The notes beneath the pieces are model-generated. The model was not told the DNA's origin. It saw only the letters and a program-made list of their open reading frames with translations, and ran no database searches. This document shows positions 1 through 15,000 of a stretch of DNA of 64,000 nucleotides, piece by piece (position 1 is the first letter of the stretch; the number at the start of each line of letters is the position of its first letter). The position numbers and the translations under genes are program-made. This stretch comes from Eledone cirrhosa (lineage: Eukaryota): assembly GCA_964016885.1 (NCBI GenBank), contig OZ024741.1, forward strand, positions 387,934,001 to 387,998,000, in the 5' to 3' direction.

Positions 1-3000
1 CACTAGAGGTGGTAGCAATATTAACACAGGAGGTGGTAGCAGTAATAACACTGGAGGTGGTATCAATATTAACACAGGAGGTGTTAGCAATATTAACACT
101 GGAGCAGGTATCAATATTAACACTGGAGGTGGTAGCAGTATTAATACTGGAGGTGGTAGCAATATTAACACTGGAGGTGGTAGCAGTATTAACACTGGAG
201 GTGGTATCAATATTAACACTGGAGGTGGTAGCAATATTAACACTCGAGGTGGTAGCAGTATTAAAACTGGAGGTGGTAGCAATATTAACACTGGAGGTGG
301 TATCAATATTAACACAGGAGCGGGTATCAATATTAACACTGGAGGTGGTAGCAGTATTAACACTGGAGGTGGTAGCAGTATTAACACTGGAGGTGGTAGC
401 AATATTAACACTGGAGGTGTTAGTAATATTAACACTGGAGGTGGTAGCAGTATTAACACTGGAGGGGGTAGCAGTATTAACACTGGAGGTGGTAGCAGTA
501 TTAACACTGGAGGTGTTAGCAATATTAACACTGGAGGTGGTAGCAGTATTAACACTGGAGGGGGTAGCAGTATTAACACTGGAGGTGGTAGCAGTATTAA
601 CACTGGAGGTGGTAGCAGTATTAAGACTGGAGGGGGTAGCAGTATTAACACTGGAGGTGGTATCAATATTAACACTGGAGGTGGTAGCAATATTAACACT
701 GGAGGTGGTAGCAGTATTAACACTGGAGGTGGTAGCAGTATTAACACTGGAGGTGTAGGCAATATTAACACTGGAGGTGGTAGCAGTATTAACACAGGAG
801 GGGGTAGCAGTATTAACACTGGAGGTGGTAGCAGTATTAACACTGGAGGGGGTAGCAGTGTTAACACTGGAGGGGGTATCAATATTAACACTGGAGGTGG
901 TAGCAATATTAACACTGGAGGTGGTAGCAATATTAACACTGGAGGTGGTAGCAGTATTAACACTGGAGGGGGTATCAATATTGACACTGGAGGTGGTATC
1001 AATATTAACACTGGAGGTGGTATCAATATTAACACTGGAGGTGGTAGCAGTATTAACACTGGAGGTGGTAGCAATATTAACACTGGAGTTGGTAGCAGTA
1101 TTAACACTGGAGGTGGTAGCAGTATTAAAACTGGAGGTGGTAGCAGTATTAACACTGGAGGTGGTAGCAGTATTAACACTGGGGGTGGTAGCAGTATTAA
1201 CACTGGAGGTGGTAGCAGTAGTAACACAGGAGTTGTTAGCAGTATTATGCAAGGAGGTGTTAGCAATATTAACACTGGAGTTGGTAGCAGTATTAACACT
1301 GGAGGTGGTAGCAATATTAACACTGGAGTTGGTAGCAGTATTAACACTGGAGGTGGTAGCAATATTAACACTGGAGGTGTTAGCAGTATTAACACAGGAG
1401 GTGTTAGCAATATTAACACTGGAGGTGGTATCAATATTAACACTGGAGGTGGTAGCAATATTAACACTGGAGGTGGTAGCAGTATTAACACTGGAGGTGT
1501 TATCAATATTAGCACTGGAGGTGGTAGCAATATTAACACTGGAGGTGGTAGCAATATTAACACTGGAGGTGGTAGCAGTATTAACACTGGAGGGGGTAGC
1601 AGTATTAACACTGGAGGTGGTAGCAGTATTAACACTGGAGGTGGTATAAATATTAGCACTGGAGGTGGTATCAATATTAACACAGGAGCGGGTATCGATA
1701 TTAACACTGGAGGTGGTAGCAGTATTAACACTGGAGGTGGTAGCAGTATTAACAATGGAGGTGGTAGCAGTATTAGCACTGGAGGTGTTAGCAATATTAA
1801 CATTGGAGGTGGTAGCAGTATTAACACTGGAGGGGGTAGCAGTATTAACACTGGAGGTGGTAGCAGTATTAACACTGGAGGTGTTAGCAATATTAACACT
1901 GGAGGTGGTAGCAGTATTAACACTGGAGGGGGTAGCAGTATTAACACTGGAGGTGGTAGCAGTATTAACACTGGAGGTGTTAGCAATATTAACACTGGAG
2001 GTGGTAGCAGTATTAACACTGGAGGGGGTAGCAGTATTAACACTGGAGGTGGTAGCAGTATTAACACTGGAGGTGGTAGCAGTATTAAGACTTGAGGGGG
2101 TAGCAGTATTAACACTGGAGGTGGTAGCAGTATTAACACTGGAGGTGGTAGCAGTATTAACACTGGAGGTGGCAGCAGTATTAACACTGGAGGTGTTAGC
2201 AATATTAACACAGGAGGTGTTAGCAATATTAACACTGGAGGTGGTATCAATATTAACACTGGAGGTGGTAGCAGTATTAACACTGCAGGTGGTAGCAGTA
2301 TTTACACTGGAGGTGTTCGCAATATTAACACTGGAGGTGGTAGCAGTATTAACACTGGAGGTGGTAGCAGTATTAACACTGGAGGTGGTATGAATATTAA
2401 CACTGGAGGTGGTAGCAATATTAACACTGGAGGTGGTAGCAATATTAACACTGGAGGTGTTAGCAGTATTAACACTGGAGGTGGTAGCAGTATTAACACT
2501 GGAGGTGGTAGCAATATTAACACTGGAGGTGGTAGCAGTATTAACACTGGAGGTGTTAGCAATATTAACACTGGAAGTGGTAGCAGTATTAACACTGGAG
2601 GGGGTAGCAGTATTAACACTGGAGGTGGTAGCAATATTAACACTGGAGGTGGCATCAGTATTAACACTGGAGGTGGTAGCAATATCAACACTGGAGGTGG
2701 TAGCAATATTAACACTGGAGGTGGTAGCAGTATTAACACTGGAGGTGGTATCAATATTAACACTGGAGGTGGTAGCAATATTAACACTCGAGGTGGTAGC
2801 AGTATTAAAACTGGAGGTGGTAGCAATATTAACACTGGAGGTGGTAGCAGTAATAACACTGGAGGTGGTAGCAATATTAACACTGGAGGTGGTAGCAGTA
2901 TTAACACTGGAGGTGGTATAAATATTAGCACTGGAGGTGGTATCAATATTAACACAGGAGCGGGTATCAATATTAACACTGGAGGTGGTAGCAGTATTAA

Positions 3001-6000
3001 CACTGGAGGTGGTAGCAGTATTAACACTGGAGGTGGTAGCAGTATTAACACTGGAGGTGTTAGTAATATTAACACTGGAGGTGGTAGCAGTATTAACACT
3101 GGAGGTGGTATCAGTATTAACACTGGAGGTGGTATCAGTATTAACACTGGAGGTGGTAGCAGTATTAACACTGGAGGTGGTAGCAGTATTAACATTGGAG
3201 GTGGTAGCAGTAATAACACTGGAGGTGGTATCAATATTAACACAGGAGGTGGTATCAATATTAACACTGGAGGTGGTAGCAATATTAACACTGGAGGTGG
3301 TAGCAATATTAACACTGGAGCAGGTATCAAAATTAACACTGGAGGTGGTAGCAGTATTAACACTGGAGGTGGTAGCAATAATAACACTGGAGGTGGTAGC
3401 TGTATTAACACTGGAGGTGGTAGCAATATTAACACTGGAGGTGGTAGCAGTATTAACATTGGAGGTGGTAGCAGTATTAACACTGGAGGTGGTAGCAATA
3501 TTAACACTGGAGGTGGTAGCAGTAATAACACTGGAGGTGGTAGAAATATTAACACAAGAGGTGGTAGCAGTAATAACACTGGAGGTGGTATCAATATTAA
3601 CACAGGAGGTGTTAGCAATATTAACACTGGAGCAGGTATCAATATTAACACTGGAGGTGGTAGCAGTATTAACACTGGAGGTAGTAGCAATATTAACACT
3701 GGAGGTGGTAGCAGTATTAACACTGGAGGTGGTATCAATATTAACACTGGAGGTGGTAGCAATATTAACACTCGAGGTGGTAGCAGTATTAAAACTGGAG
3801 GTGGTAGCAATATTAACACTGGAGGTCGTAGCTGTATTAACATTGGAGGTGGTATCAATATTAACACAGGAGCGGGTATCAATATTAACACTGGAGGTTG
3901 TAGCAGTATTAACACTGGAGGTGGTAGCAGTATTAACACTGGAGGTGGTAGCAGTATTAACACTGGAGGTGTTAGTAATATTAACACTGGAGGTGGTAGC
4001 AGTATTAACACTGGAGGGGGTAGCAGTATTAACACTGGAGGTGGTAGCAGTATTAACACTGGAGGTGTTAGCAATTTTAACACTGGAGGTGGTAGCAGTA
4101 TTAACACTGGAGGGGGTAGCAGTATTAACACTGGAGGTGGTAGCAGTATTAACACTGGAGGTGGTAGCAGTATTAAGACTGGGGGGGGGGGGGGGGGTAG
4201 CAGTATTAACACTGGAGGTGGTATCAATATTAACACTGGAGGTGGTAGCAATATTAACACTGGAGGTGGTAGCAGTATTAACACTGGAGGTGGTAGCAGT
4301 ATTAACACTGGAGGTGTAGGCAATATTAACACTGGAGGTGGTAGCAGAATTAACACAGGAGGGGGTAGCAGTATTAACACTGGAGGTGGTAGCAGTATTA
4401 ACACTGGAGGGGGTAGCAGTGTTAACACTGGAGGGGGTATCAATATTAACACTGGAGGTGGTAGCAATATTAACACTGGAGGTGGTAGCAATATTAACAC
4501 TGGAGGTGGTAGCAGTATTAACACTGGAGGGGGTATCAATATTAACACTGGAGGTGGTATCAATATTAACACTGGATGTGGTATCAATATTAACACTGGA
4601 GGTGGTAGCAGTATTAACACTGGAGGTGGTAGCAATATTAACACTGGAGTTGGTAGCAGTATTAACACTGGAGGTGGTAGCAGTATTAACACTGGGGGTG
4701 GTAGCAGTATTAACACTGGAGGTGGTAGCAGTATTAACACAGGAGGTGTTAGCAGTATTATGCAAGGAGGTGTTAGCAATATTAACACTGGAGTTGGTAG
4801 CAGTATTAACACTGGAGGTGGTAGCAATATTAACACTGGAGTTGGTAGCAGTATTAACACTGGAGGTGGTAGCAATATTAACACTGGAGGTGTTAGCAGT
4901 ATTAACACAGGAGGTGTTAGCAATATTAACACTGGAGGTGGTATCAATATTAACACTGGAGGTGGTAGCAATATTAACACTGGAGGTGGTAGCAGTATTA
5001 ACACTGGAGGTGTTATCAATATTAGCACTGGAGGTGGTAGCAATATTAACACTGGAGGTGGTAGCAATATTAACACTGGAGGTGGTAGCAGTATTAACAC
5101 TGGAGGGGGTAGCAGTATTAACACTGGAGGTGGTAGCAGTATTAACACTGGAGGTGGTATAAATATTAGCACTGGAGGTGGTATCAATATTAACACAGGA
5201 GCGGGTATCGATATTAACACTGGAGGTGGTAGCAGTATTAACACTGGAGATGGTAGCAGTATTAACAATGGAGGTGGTAGCAGTATTAGCACTGGAGGTG
5301 TTAGCAATATTAACATTGGAGGTGGTAGCAGTATTAACACTGGAGGGGGTAGCAGTATTAACACTGGAGGTGGTAGCAGTATTAACACTGGAGGTGTTCG
5401 AATATTAACACTGGAGGTGGTAGCAGTATTAACACTGGAGGGGGTAGCAGTATTAACACTGGAGGTGGTAGCAGTATTAACACTGGAGGTGGTAGCAGTA
5501 TTAAGACTTGAGGGGGTAGCAGTATTAACACTGGAGGTGGTAGCAGTATTAACACTGGAGGTGGTAGCAGTATTAACACTGGAGGTGGCAGCAGTATTAA
5601 CACTGGAGGTGTTAGCAGTATTAACACAGGAGGTGTTAGCAATATTAACACTGGGGGTGGTATCAATATTAACACTGGAGGTGGTAGCAGTATTAACACT
5701 GGAGGTGGTAGCAGTATTAACACTGGAGGTGTTCGCAATATTAACACTGGAGGTGGTAGCAGTATTAACACTGGAGGTGGTAGCAGTATTAACACTGGAG
5801 GTGGTATGAATATTAACACTGGAGGTGGTAGCAATATTAACACTGGAGGTGGTAGCAATATTAACACTGGAGGTGTTAGCAGTATTAACACTGGAGGTGG
5901 TAGCAGTATTAACACTGGAGGTGGTAGCAGTATTAACACTGGAGGTGTTAGCAATATTAACACTGGAGGTGGTAGCAGTATTAACACTGGAGGGGGTAGC

Positions 6001-9000
6001 AGTATTAACACTGGAGGTGGTAGCAATATTAACACTGGAGGTGGCATCAGTATTAACACTGGAGGTGGTAGCAATATTAACACTGGAGGTGGTAGCAGTA
6101 TTAACACTGGAGGTGTTAGCAATATTAACACTGGAGGTGGTAGCAGTATTAACACTGGAGGGGGTAGCAGAATTAACAATGGAGGTGGTAGCAATATTAA
6201 CACTGGAGGTGGCAGCAGTATTAACACTGGAGGTGGTAGCAATATTAACACTGGAGGTGGTATCAGTATTAACACTGGAGGTGGTAGCAGTATTAACACT
6301 GGAGGTGGTAGCAATATTAACACTGGAAGTGGTATCAATATTAACACTGGAGGTGGTAGCAGTATTAACACTGGAGGTGGTAGCAGTATTAACACTGGAG
6401 GTGGTATCAATATTAGCACTGGAGGTGGTAGCAGTATTAACACTGGAGGTGGTAGCAGTATTAACACTGGAGGTGGTATCAATATTAACACTGGAGGTGG
6501 TAGCAGTATTAATACTGGAGGTGGTAGCAGTATTAACACTGGAGGTGGTATAAATATTAGCACTGGAGGTGGTATCAATATTAACACAGGAGCGGGTATC
6601 GATATTAACACTGGAGGTGGTAGCAGTATTAACACTGGAGGTGGTAGCAGTATTAGCAATGGAGGTGGTAGCAGTATTATCATGGAGGTGTTAGCAATAT
6701 TAACACTGGAGGTGGTAGCAGTATTAACACTGGAGGTGGTAGCAGTATTAACACTTGAGGTGTTAGCAATATTAACACTGGAGGTGGTAGCAGTATTAAC
6801 ACTGGAGGTGGTAGCAGTATTAAGACTGGACGGGGTAGCAGTATTAACACTGGAGGTGGTAGCAGTATTAACACTGGAGGTGGTAGCAGTATTAACACTG
6901 GAGGTGGTAGCAATATTAACACTGGAGGTGGTATCAGTATTAACACTGGAGGTGGTAGCAGTATTAACACTGGAGGTGGTAGCAATATTAACACTGGAGG
7001 TGGCATCAATATTAAAACTGGAGGTGGTAGCAGTATTAACACTGTAGGTGGTAGCAATATTAACACTGGAAGTGGTATCAATATTAACACTGGAGGTGGT
7101 AGCAGTATTAACACTGGAGGTGGTAGCAGTATTAACACTGGAGGTGGTATCAATATTAACACTGGAGGTGGTAGCAGTATTAACACTGGAGGTGGTAGCA
7201 ATATTAACACTGGAGGTGGTAGCAGTATTAACACTGGAGGTGGTAGCAGTATTAACACTGGTGATGGTATCAATATTAACACTCGAGGTGGTAGCAGTAT
7301 TAACACTGGAGGTGGTATCAATATTAACACTGGAGGTTGTAGCAGTATTAACACTGGAGGTGGTATAAATATTAACACTGGAGGTGATATCAATATTAAA
7401 ACTGGAGCGGGTATCAATATTAACACTGGAGGTGGTAGCAGTATTAACACTGGAGGTGGTAGCAATATGAACACTGGAGGTGGTAGCAGTATTAACACTG
7501 GAGGTGGTAGCAATATTAACACTGGAGGTGGTAGCAGTATTAACACTGGAGGTAGTAGCAATATTAACACTGGAGGTGGTATCAGTATTAACACTGGAGG
7601 TGGTATCAGTATTAACACTGGAGGTGGTAGCAGTATTAACACTGGAGGTGGTAGCAATATTAACACTGGAAGTGGTATCAATATTAACACTGGAGGTGGT
7701 AGCAGTATTAACACTGGAGGTGGTAGCAATATTAACACTGGAGGTGGTAGCAGTATTAACACTGGAGGTGGTATCAATATTAGCACTGGAGGTGGTAGCA
7801 GTATTAACACTGGAGGTGGTAGCAGTATTAACACTGGAGGTGGTATCAATATTAACACTGGAGGTGGTAGCAGTATTAACACTGGAGGTGGTAGCAGTAT
7901 TAACACTGGAGGTGGTATAAATATTAGCACTGGAGGTGGTATCAATATTAACACAGGAGCGGGTATCGATATTAACACTGGAGGTGGTAGCAGTATTAAC
8001 ACTGGAGGTGATAGCAGTATTAGCAATGGAGGTGGTAGCAGTATTATCACTGGAGGTGTTAGCAATATTAACACTGGAGGTGGTAGCAGTATTAACACTG
8101 GAGGTGGTAGCAGTATTAACACTTGAGGTGTTAGCAATATTAACACTGGAGGTGGTAGCAGTATTAACACTGGAGGTGGTAGCAGTATTAAGACTGGACG
8201 GGGTAGCAGTATTAACACTGGAGGTGATAGCAGTATTAACACTGGAGGTGGTAGCTGTATTAACACTGGAGGTGGTAGCAATATTAACACTGGAGGTGGT
8301 ATCAGTATTAACACTGGAGGTGGTAGCAGTATTAACACTGGAGGTGGTAGCAATATTAACACTGTAGGTGGCATCAATATTAAAACTGGAGGTGGTAGCA
8401 GTATTAACACTGTAGGTGGTAGCAATATTAACACTGGAAGTGGTATCAATATTAACACTGGAGGTGGTAGCAGTATTAACACTGGAGGTGGTAGCAGTAT
8501 TAACACTGGAGGTGGTATCAATATTAACACTGGAGGTGGTAGCAGTATTAACACTGGAGGTGGTAGCAATATTAACACTGGAGGTGGTAGCAGTATTAAC
8601 ACTGGAGGTGGTAGCAGTATTAACACTGGTGATGGTATCAATATTAACACTCGAGGTGGTAGCAGTATTAACACTGGAGGTGGTATCAATATTAACACTG
8701 GAGGTTGTAGCAGTATTAACACTGGAGGTGGTATAAATATTAACACTGGAGGTGGTATCAATATTAAAACTGGAGCGGGTATCAATATTAACACTGGAGG
8801 TGGTAGCAATATTAACACTGGAGGTGGTAGCAGTATTAACACTGGAGGTAGTAGCAATATTAACACTGGAGGTGGTATCAGTATTAACACTGGAGGTGGT
8901 AGCAGTATTAACACTGGAGGTGGTAGCAATATTAACACTGGAGGTGCTATCAATATTAACACTGGAGGTGGTAGCAGTATTAACACTGGAGGTGGTAGCA

Positions 9001-12000
9001 ATATTAACACTGGAGGTGGTAGCAATATTAACACTGGAGGTGGTAGCAGTATTAACACTGGAGGTGGTAGCAGTATTAACACTGGAGGTGGTAGCAATAT
9101 TAACACTGGAGGTGGTAGCAGTATTAACACTGGAGGTGGTAGCAATATTAACACTGGAGGTGGTAGCAGTATTAACACTGGCGGTGGTAGCAGTATTAAC
9201 ACTGGAGGTGGTATCAGTATTAACACTGGAGGTGGTAGCAGTATTAACACTGGAGGTGGTAGCAGTATTAACACTGGAGGTGGTAGCAGTATTAACATTG
9301 GAGGTGGTAGCAGTAATAACACTGGAGGTGGTAGCAATATTAACACTGGAGGTGGTAGCTGTATTAACACTGGAGGTGGTAGCAATATTAACACTGGAGG
9401 TGGTAGCAGTATTAACATTGGAGGTGGTAGCAGTATTAACACTGGATGTGGTAGCAATATTAACACTGGAGGTGGTAGCAGTAATAACACTGGAGGTGGT
9501 AGCAATATTAACACAGGAGGTGGTAGCAGTAATAACACTGGAGGTGGTATCAATATTAACACAGGAGGTGTTAGCAATATTAACACTGGAGCAGGTATCA
9601 ATATTAACACTGGAGGTGGTAGCAGTATTAAAACTAGAGGTGGTAGCAATATTAACACTGGAGGTGGTAGCAGCAATAACACTGGCGGTGTTAGCAATAT
9701 TAACACTGGAGGTGGTAGCAGTATTAACACTGGAGGTGGTATAAATATTAGCACTGGAGGTGGTATCAATATTAACACAGGAGCGGGTATCAATATTAAC
9801 ACTGGAGGTGGTAGCAGTATTAACAATGGAGGTGGTAGCAGTATTAACAATGGAGATGGTATCAATATTAACACTGGAGGTGGTAGCAGTATTAACACTG
9901 GAGGTGGTAGCAGTATTAACACTGGAGGTGTTAGTAATATTAACACTGGAGGTGGTAGCAGTATTAACACTGGAGGTGGTAGCAGTATTAACACTGGAGG
10001 TGCTAGCAATATTAACACTGGAGGTGGTAGCAGTATTAAGACTGGAGGAGGTAGCTGTATTAACACTGGAGGTGGTAGCAGTATTAACACTGGAGGTGGT
10101 AGCAGTAATAACACTGGAGGTGGTAGCAATATTAACACTGGAGGTGGTAGCAGTATTAACACTGGAGGTGGTAGCAGTATTAACACTGGAGGTGTTAGCA
10201 GTATTAACACAGGAGGTGTTAGCAATATTAACACTGGAGGTGGTATCAATATTAACACTGGAGGTGGTATCAATATTAACACTGGAGGTGGTAGCAGTAT
10301 TAACACTGGAGGTGGTATAAATATTAGCACTGGAGGTGGTATCAATATTAACACAGGAGCGGGTATCAATATTAACACTGGAGGTGGTAGCAGTATTAAC
10401 ACTGGAGGTGGTAGCAGTATTAACACTGGAGGTGTAGGCAATATTAACACTGGAGGTGGTAGCACTATGAACACTGGAGGGGGTAGCAGTGTTAACACTG
10501 GAGGGGGTATCAATATTAACATTGGAGGTGGTAGCAATATTAACACTGGAGGTGGTATCAATATTAACACTGGAGGTGGTAGCAGTATTAACACTGGAGG
10601 TGGTAGCAATATTAACACTGGAGTTGGTAGCAGTATTAACACTGGAGGTGGTAGCAGTATTAAAACTGGAGGTGGTAGCAGTATTAACACTGGAGGTGGT
10701 AGCAGTATTAACACTGGAGGTGGTAGCAGTATTAACACTGGAGGTGGTAGCAGTATTAACACAGGAGGTGTTAGCAGTATTAACACAGGAGGTGTTAGCA
10801 ATATTAACACTGGAGGTGTTAGCAGTATTAACACAGGAGGTGTTAGCAATATTAACACTGGAGTTGGTAGCAATATTAACACTGGAGGTGGTAGCAGTAT
10901 TAACACTGGAGGTGGTATCAATATTAGCACTGGAGGTGGTAGCAATATTAACACTGGAGGTGGTAGCAATATTAACACTGGAGGTGGTAGCAGTATTAAC
11001 ACTGGAGGTGTTCGCAATATTAACACTGGAGGTGGTAGCAGTATTATCACTGGAGGGGGTAGCAGTATTAACACTGGAGGTGGTAGCAGTATTAACACTG
11101 GAGGTGGTAGCAGTATTAACACTGGAGGAGGTATCAATATTAACACTGGAGGTGGTAGCAATATTAACACTGGAGGTGGTAGCAATATTAACACTGGAGG
11201 TGTTAGCAGTATTAACACTGGAGGTGGTAGCAGTATTAACACTGGTGGTGGTAGCAATATTAACACTGGAGGTGGTAGCAGTATTAACACTGGAGGTGTT
11301 AGCAATATTAACACTGGAGGTGGTAGCAGTATTAACACTGGAGGGGGTAGCAGTATTAACACTGGAGGTGGTAGCAATATTAACACTGGAGGTGGCAGCA
11401 GTATTAACACTGGAGGTGTTAGCAATATTAACACTGGAGGTGGTAGCAGTATTAACACTGGAAGGGGTAGCAGTATTAACAATGGAGGTGGTAGCAATAT
11501 TAACACTGGAGGTGGCAGCAGTATTAACACTGGAGGTGGTAGCAATATTAACACTGGAGGTGGTATCAGTATTAACACTGGAGGTGGTAGCAGTATTAAC
11601 ACTGGAGGTGGTAGCAATATTAACACTGGAAGTGGTATCAATATTAACACTGGAGGTGGTAGCAGTATTAACACTGGAGGTGGTAGCAATATTAACACTG
11701 GAGGTGGTAGCAGTATTAACACTGGAGGTGGTATCATTATTAGCACTGGAGGTGGTAGCAGTATTAACACTGGAGGTGGTAGCAGTATTAACACTGGAGG
11801 TGGTATCAATATTAACACTGGAGGTGGTAGCAGTATTAACACTGGAGGTGGTAGCAGTATTAACACTGGAGGTGGTATAAATATTAGCACTGGAGGTGGT
11901 ATCAATATTAACACAGGAGCGGGTATCGATATTAACACTGGAGGTGGTAGAAATATTAACACTGGAGGTGGTAGCAGTATTAGCAATGGAGGTGGTAGCA

Positions 12001-15000
12001 GTATTATCACTGGAGGTGTTAGCAATATTAACACTGGAGGTGGTAGCAGTATTAACACTGGAGGTGGTAGCAGTATTAACACTTGAGGTGTTAGCAATAT
12101 TAACACTGGAGGTGGTAGCAGTATTAACACTGGAGGTGGTAGCAGTATTAAGACTGGACTGGGTAGCAGTATTAACACTGGAGGTGGTAGCAGTATTAAC
12201 ACTGGAGGTGGTAGCAGTATTAACACTGGAGGTGGTAGCAATATTAACACTGGAGGTGGTATCAGTATTAACACTGGAGGTGGTAGCAGTATTAACACTG
12301 GAGGTGGTAGCAATATTAACACTGGAGGTGGCATCAATATTAAAACTGGAGGTGGTAGCAGTATTAACACTGTAGGTGGTAGCAATATTAACACTGGAAG
12401 TGGTATCAATATTAACACTGGAGGTGGTAGCAGTATTAACACTGGAGGTGGTAGCAGTATTAACACTGGAGGTGGTATCAATATTAACACTGGAGGTGGT
12501 AGCAGTATTAACACTGGAGGTGGTAGCAATATTAACACTGGAGGTGTTAGCAGTATTAACACTGGAGGTGGTAGCAGTATTAACACTGGAGGTGGTAGCA
12601 GTATTAACATTGGAGGTAGTAGCAATATTAACACTGGAGGTGGTATCAGTATTAACACTGGAGGTGGTAGCAGTATTAACACTGGAGGTGGTATCAATAT
12701 TAACACTGGAGGTTGTAGCAGTATTTTGTACTGGAGGTGGTATAAATATTAACACTGGAGGTGGTATCAATATTAAAACTGGAGCGGGTATCAATATTAA
12801 CACTGGAGGTGGTAACAGTATTAACACTGGAGGTGGTAGCAATATTAACACTGGAGGTGGTAGCAGTATTAACACTGGAGGTGGTAGCAATATTAACACT
12901 GGAGGTGGGAGCAGTATTAACATTGGAGGTAGTAGCAATATTAACACTGGAGGTGGTATCAGTATTAACACTGGAGGTGGTAGCAGTATTAACACTGGAG
13001 GTGGTAGCAGTATTAACACTGGAGGTGGTAGCAGTATTAATACTGGAGGTGGTATCAGTATTAACACTGGAGGTGGTAGCAGTATTAACACTGGAGGTGG
13101 TAGCAGTATTAACACTGGAGGTGGTAGCAGTATTAACATTGGAGGTGGTAGCAGTAATAACACTGGAGGTGGTATCAATATTAACACAGGAGGTGGTATC
13201 AATATTAACACCGGAGGTGGTAGCAATATTAACACTGGAGGTGGTAGCAATATTAACACTGGAGCAGGTATCAATATTAACACTGGAGGTGGTAGCAGTA
13301 TTAACACTGGAGGTGGTAGCAATATTAACACTGGACGTGGTAGCTGTATTAACACTGGAGGTGGTAGCAATATTAACACTGGAGGTGGTAGCAGTATTAA
13401 CATTGGAGGTGGTAGCAGTATTAACACTGGAGGTGGTAGCAATATTAACACTGGAGGTGGTAGCAGTAATAACACTGGAGGTGGTAGCAATATTAACACA
13501 GGAGGTGGTAGCAGTAATAACACTGGAGGTGGTATCAATATTAACACAGGAGGTGTTAGCAATATTAACACTGGAGCAGGTATCAATATTAACACTGGAG
13601 GTGGTAGCAGTATTAAAACTGGAGGTGGTAGCAATATTAACACTGGAGGTGGTAGCAGTAATAACACTGGCGGTGGTAGCAATATTAACACTGGAGGTGG
13701 TAGCAGTATTAACACTGGAGGTGGTATAAATATTAGCACTGGAGGTGGTATCAATATTAACACAGGAGCGGGTATCAATATTAACACTGGAGGTGGTAGC
13801 AGTATTAACACTGGAGGTGGTAGCAGTATTAACACTGGAGGTGGTAGCAGTATTAACACTGGAGGTGTTAGTAATATTAACACTGGAGGTGGTAGCAGTA
13901 TTAACACTGGAGGGGGTAGCAGTATTAACACTGGAGGTGGTAGCAGTATTAACACTGGAGGTGTTAGCAATATTAACACTGGAGGTGGTAGCAGTATTAA
14001 GACTGGAGGGGGTAGCAGTATTAACACTGGAGGTGGCAGCAGTATTAACACTGGAGGTGGTAGCAGTATTAACACTGGAGGTGGTAGCAGTATTAACACT
14101 GGAGGTGGTAGCAGTATTAACACTGGAGGTGTTAGCAGTATTAACACTGGAGGTGTTAGCAGTATTAACACAGGAGGTGTTAGCAATATTAACACTGGAG
14201 GTGGTATCAATATTAACACTGGAGGTGGTAGCAATATTAACACTGGAGGTGGTAGCTGTATTAACACAGGAGGTGGTAGCAGTATTAACACTGGAGGTGT
14301 AGGCAATATTAACACTGGAGGTGGTAGCACTATTAACACTGGAGGTGGTAGCAGTATTAACACTGGAGGGGGTAGCAGTGTTAACACTGGAGGTGGTAGC
14401 AGTATTAACACTGGAGGGGGTAGCAGTATTAACACTGGAGGTGGTAGCAGTATTAACACTGGAGGTGGTAGCAGTATTAACACAGGAGGTGTTAGCAGTA
14501 TTAACACAGGAGGTGTTAGCAATATTAACACTGGAGGTGTTAGCAGTATTAACACAGGAGGTGTTAGCAATATTAACACTGGAGTTGGTAGCAATATTAA
14601 CACTGGAGGTGGTAGCAGTATTAACACTGGAGGTGGTATCAATATTAGCACTGGAGGTGGTAGCAATATTAACACTGGAGGTGGTAGCAATATTAACACT
14701 GGAGGTGGTAGCAGTATTAACACTGGAGGTGTTCGCAATATTAACACTGGAGGTGGTAGCAGTATTATCACTGGAGGGGGTAGCAGTATTAACACTGGAG
14801 GTGGTAGCAGTATTAACACTGGAGGTGGTAGCAGTATTAACACTGGAGGTGGTATCAATATTAACACTGGAGGTGGTAGCAATATTAACACTGGAGGTGG
14901 TAGCAATATTAACACTGGAGGTGTTAGCAGTATTAACACTGGAGGTGGTAGCAGTATTAACACTGGTGGTGGTAGCAATTTTAACACTGGAGGTGGTAGC

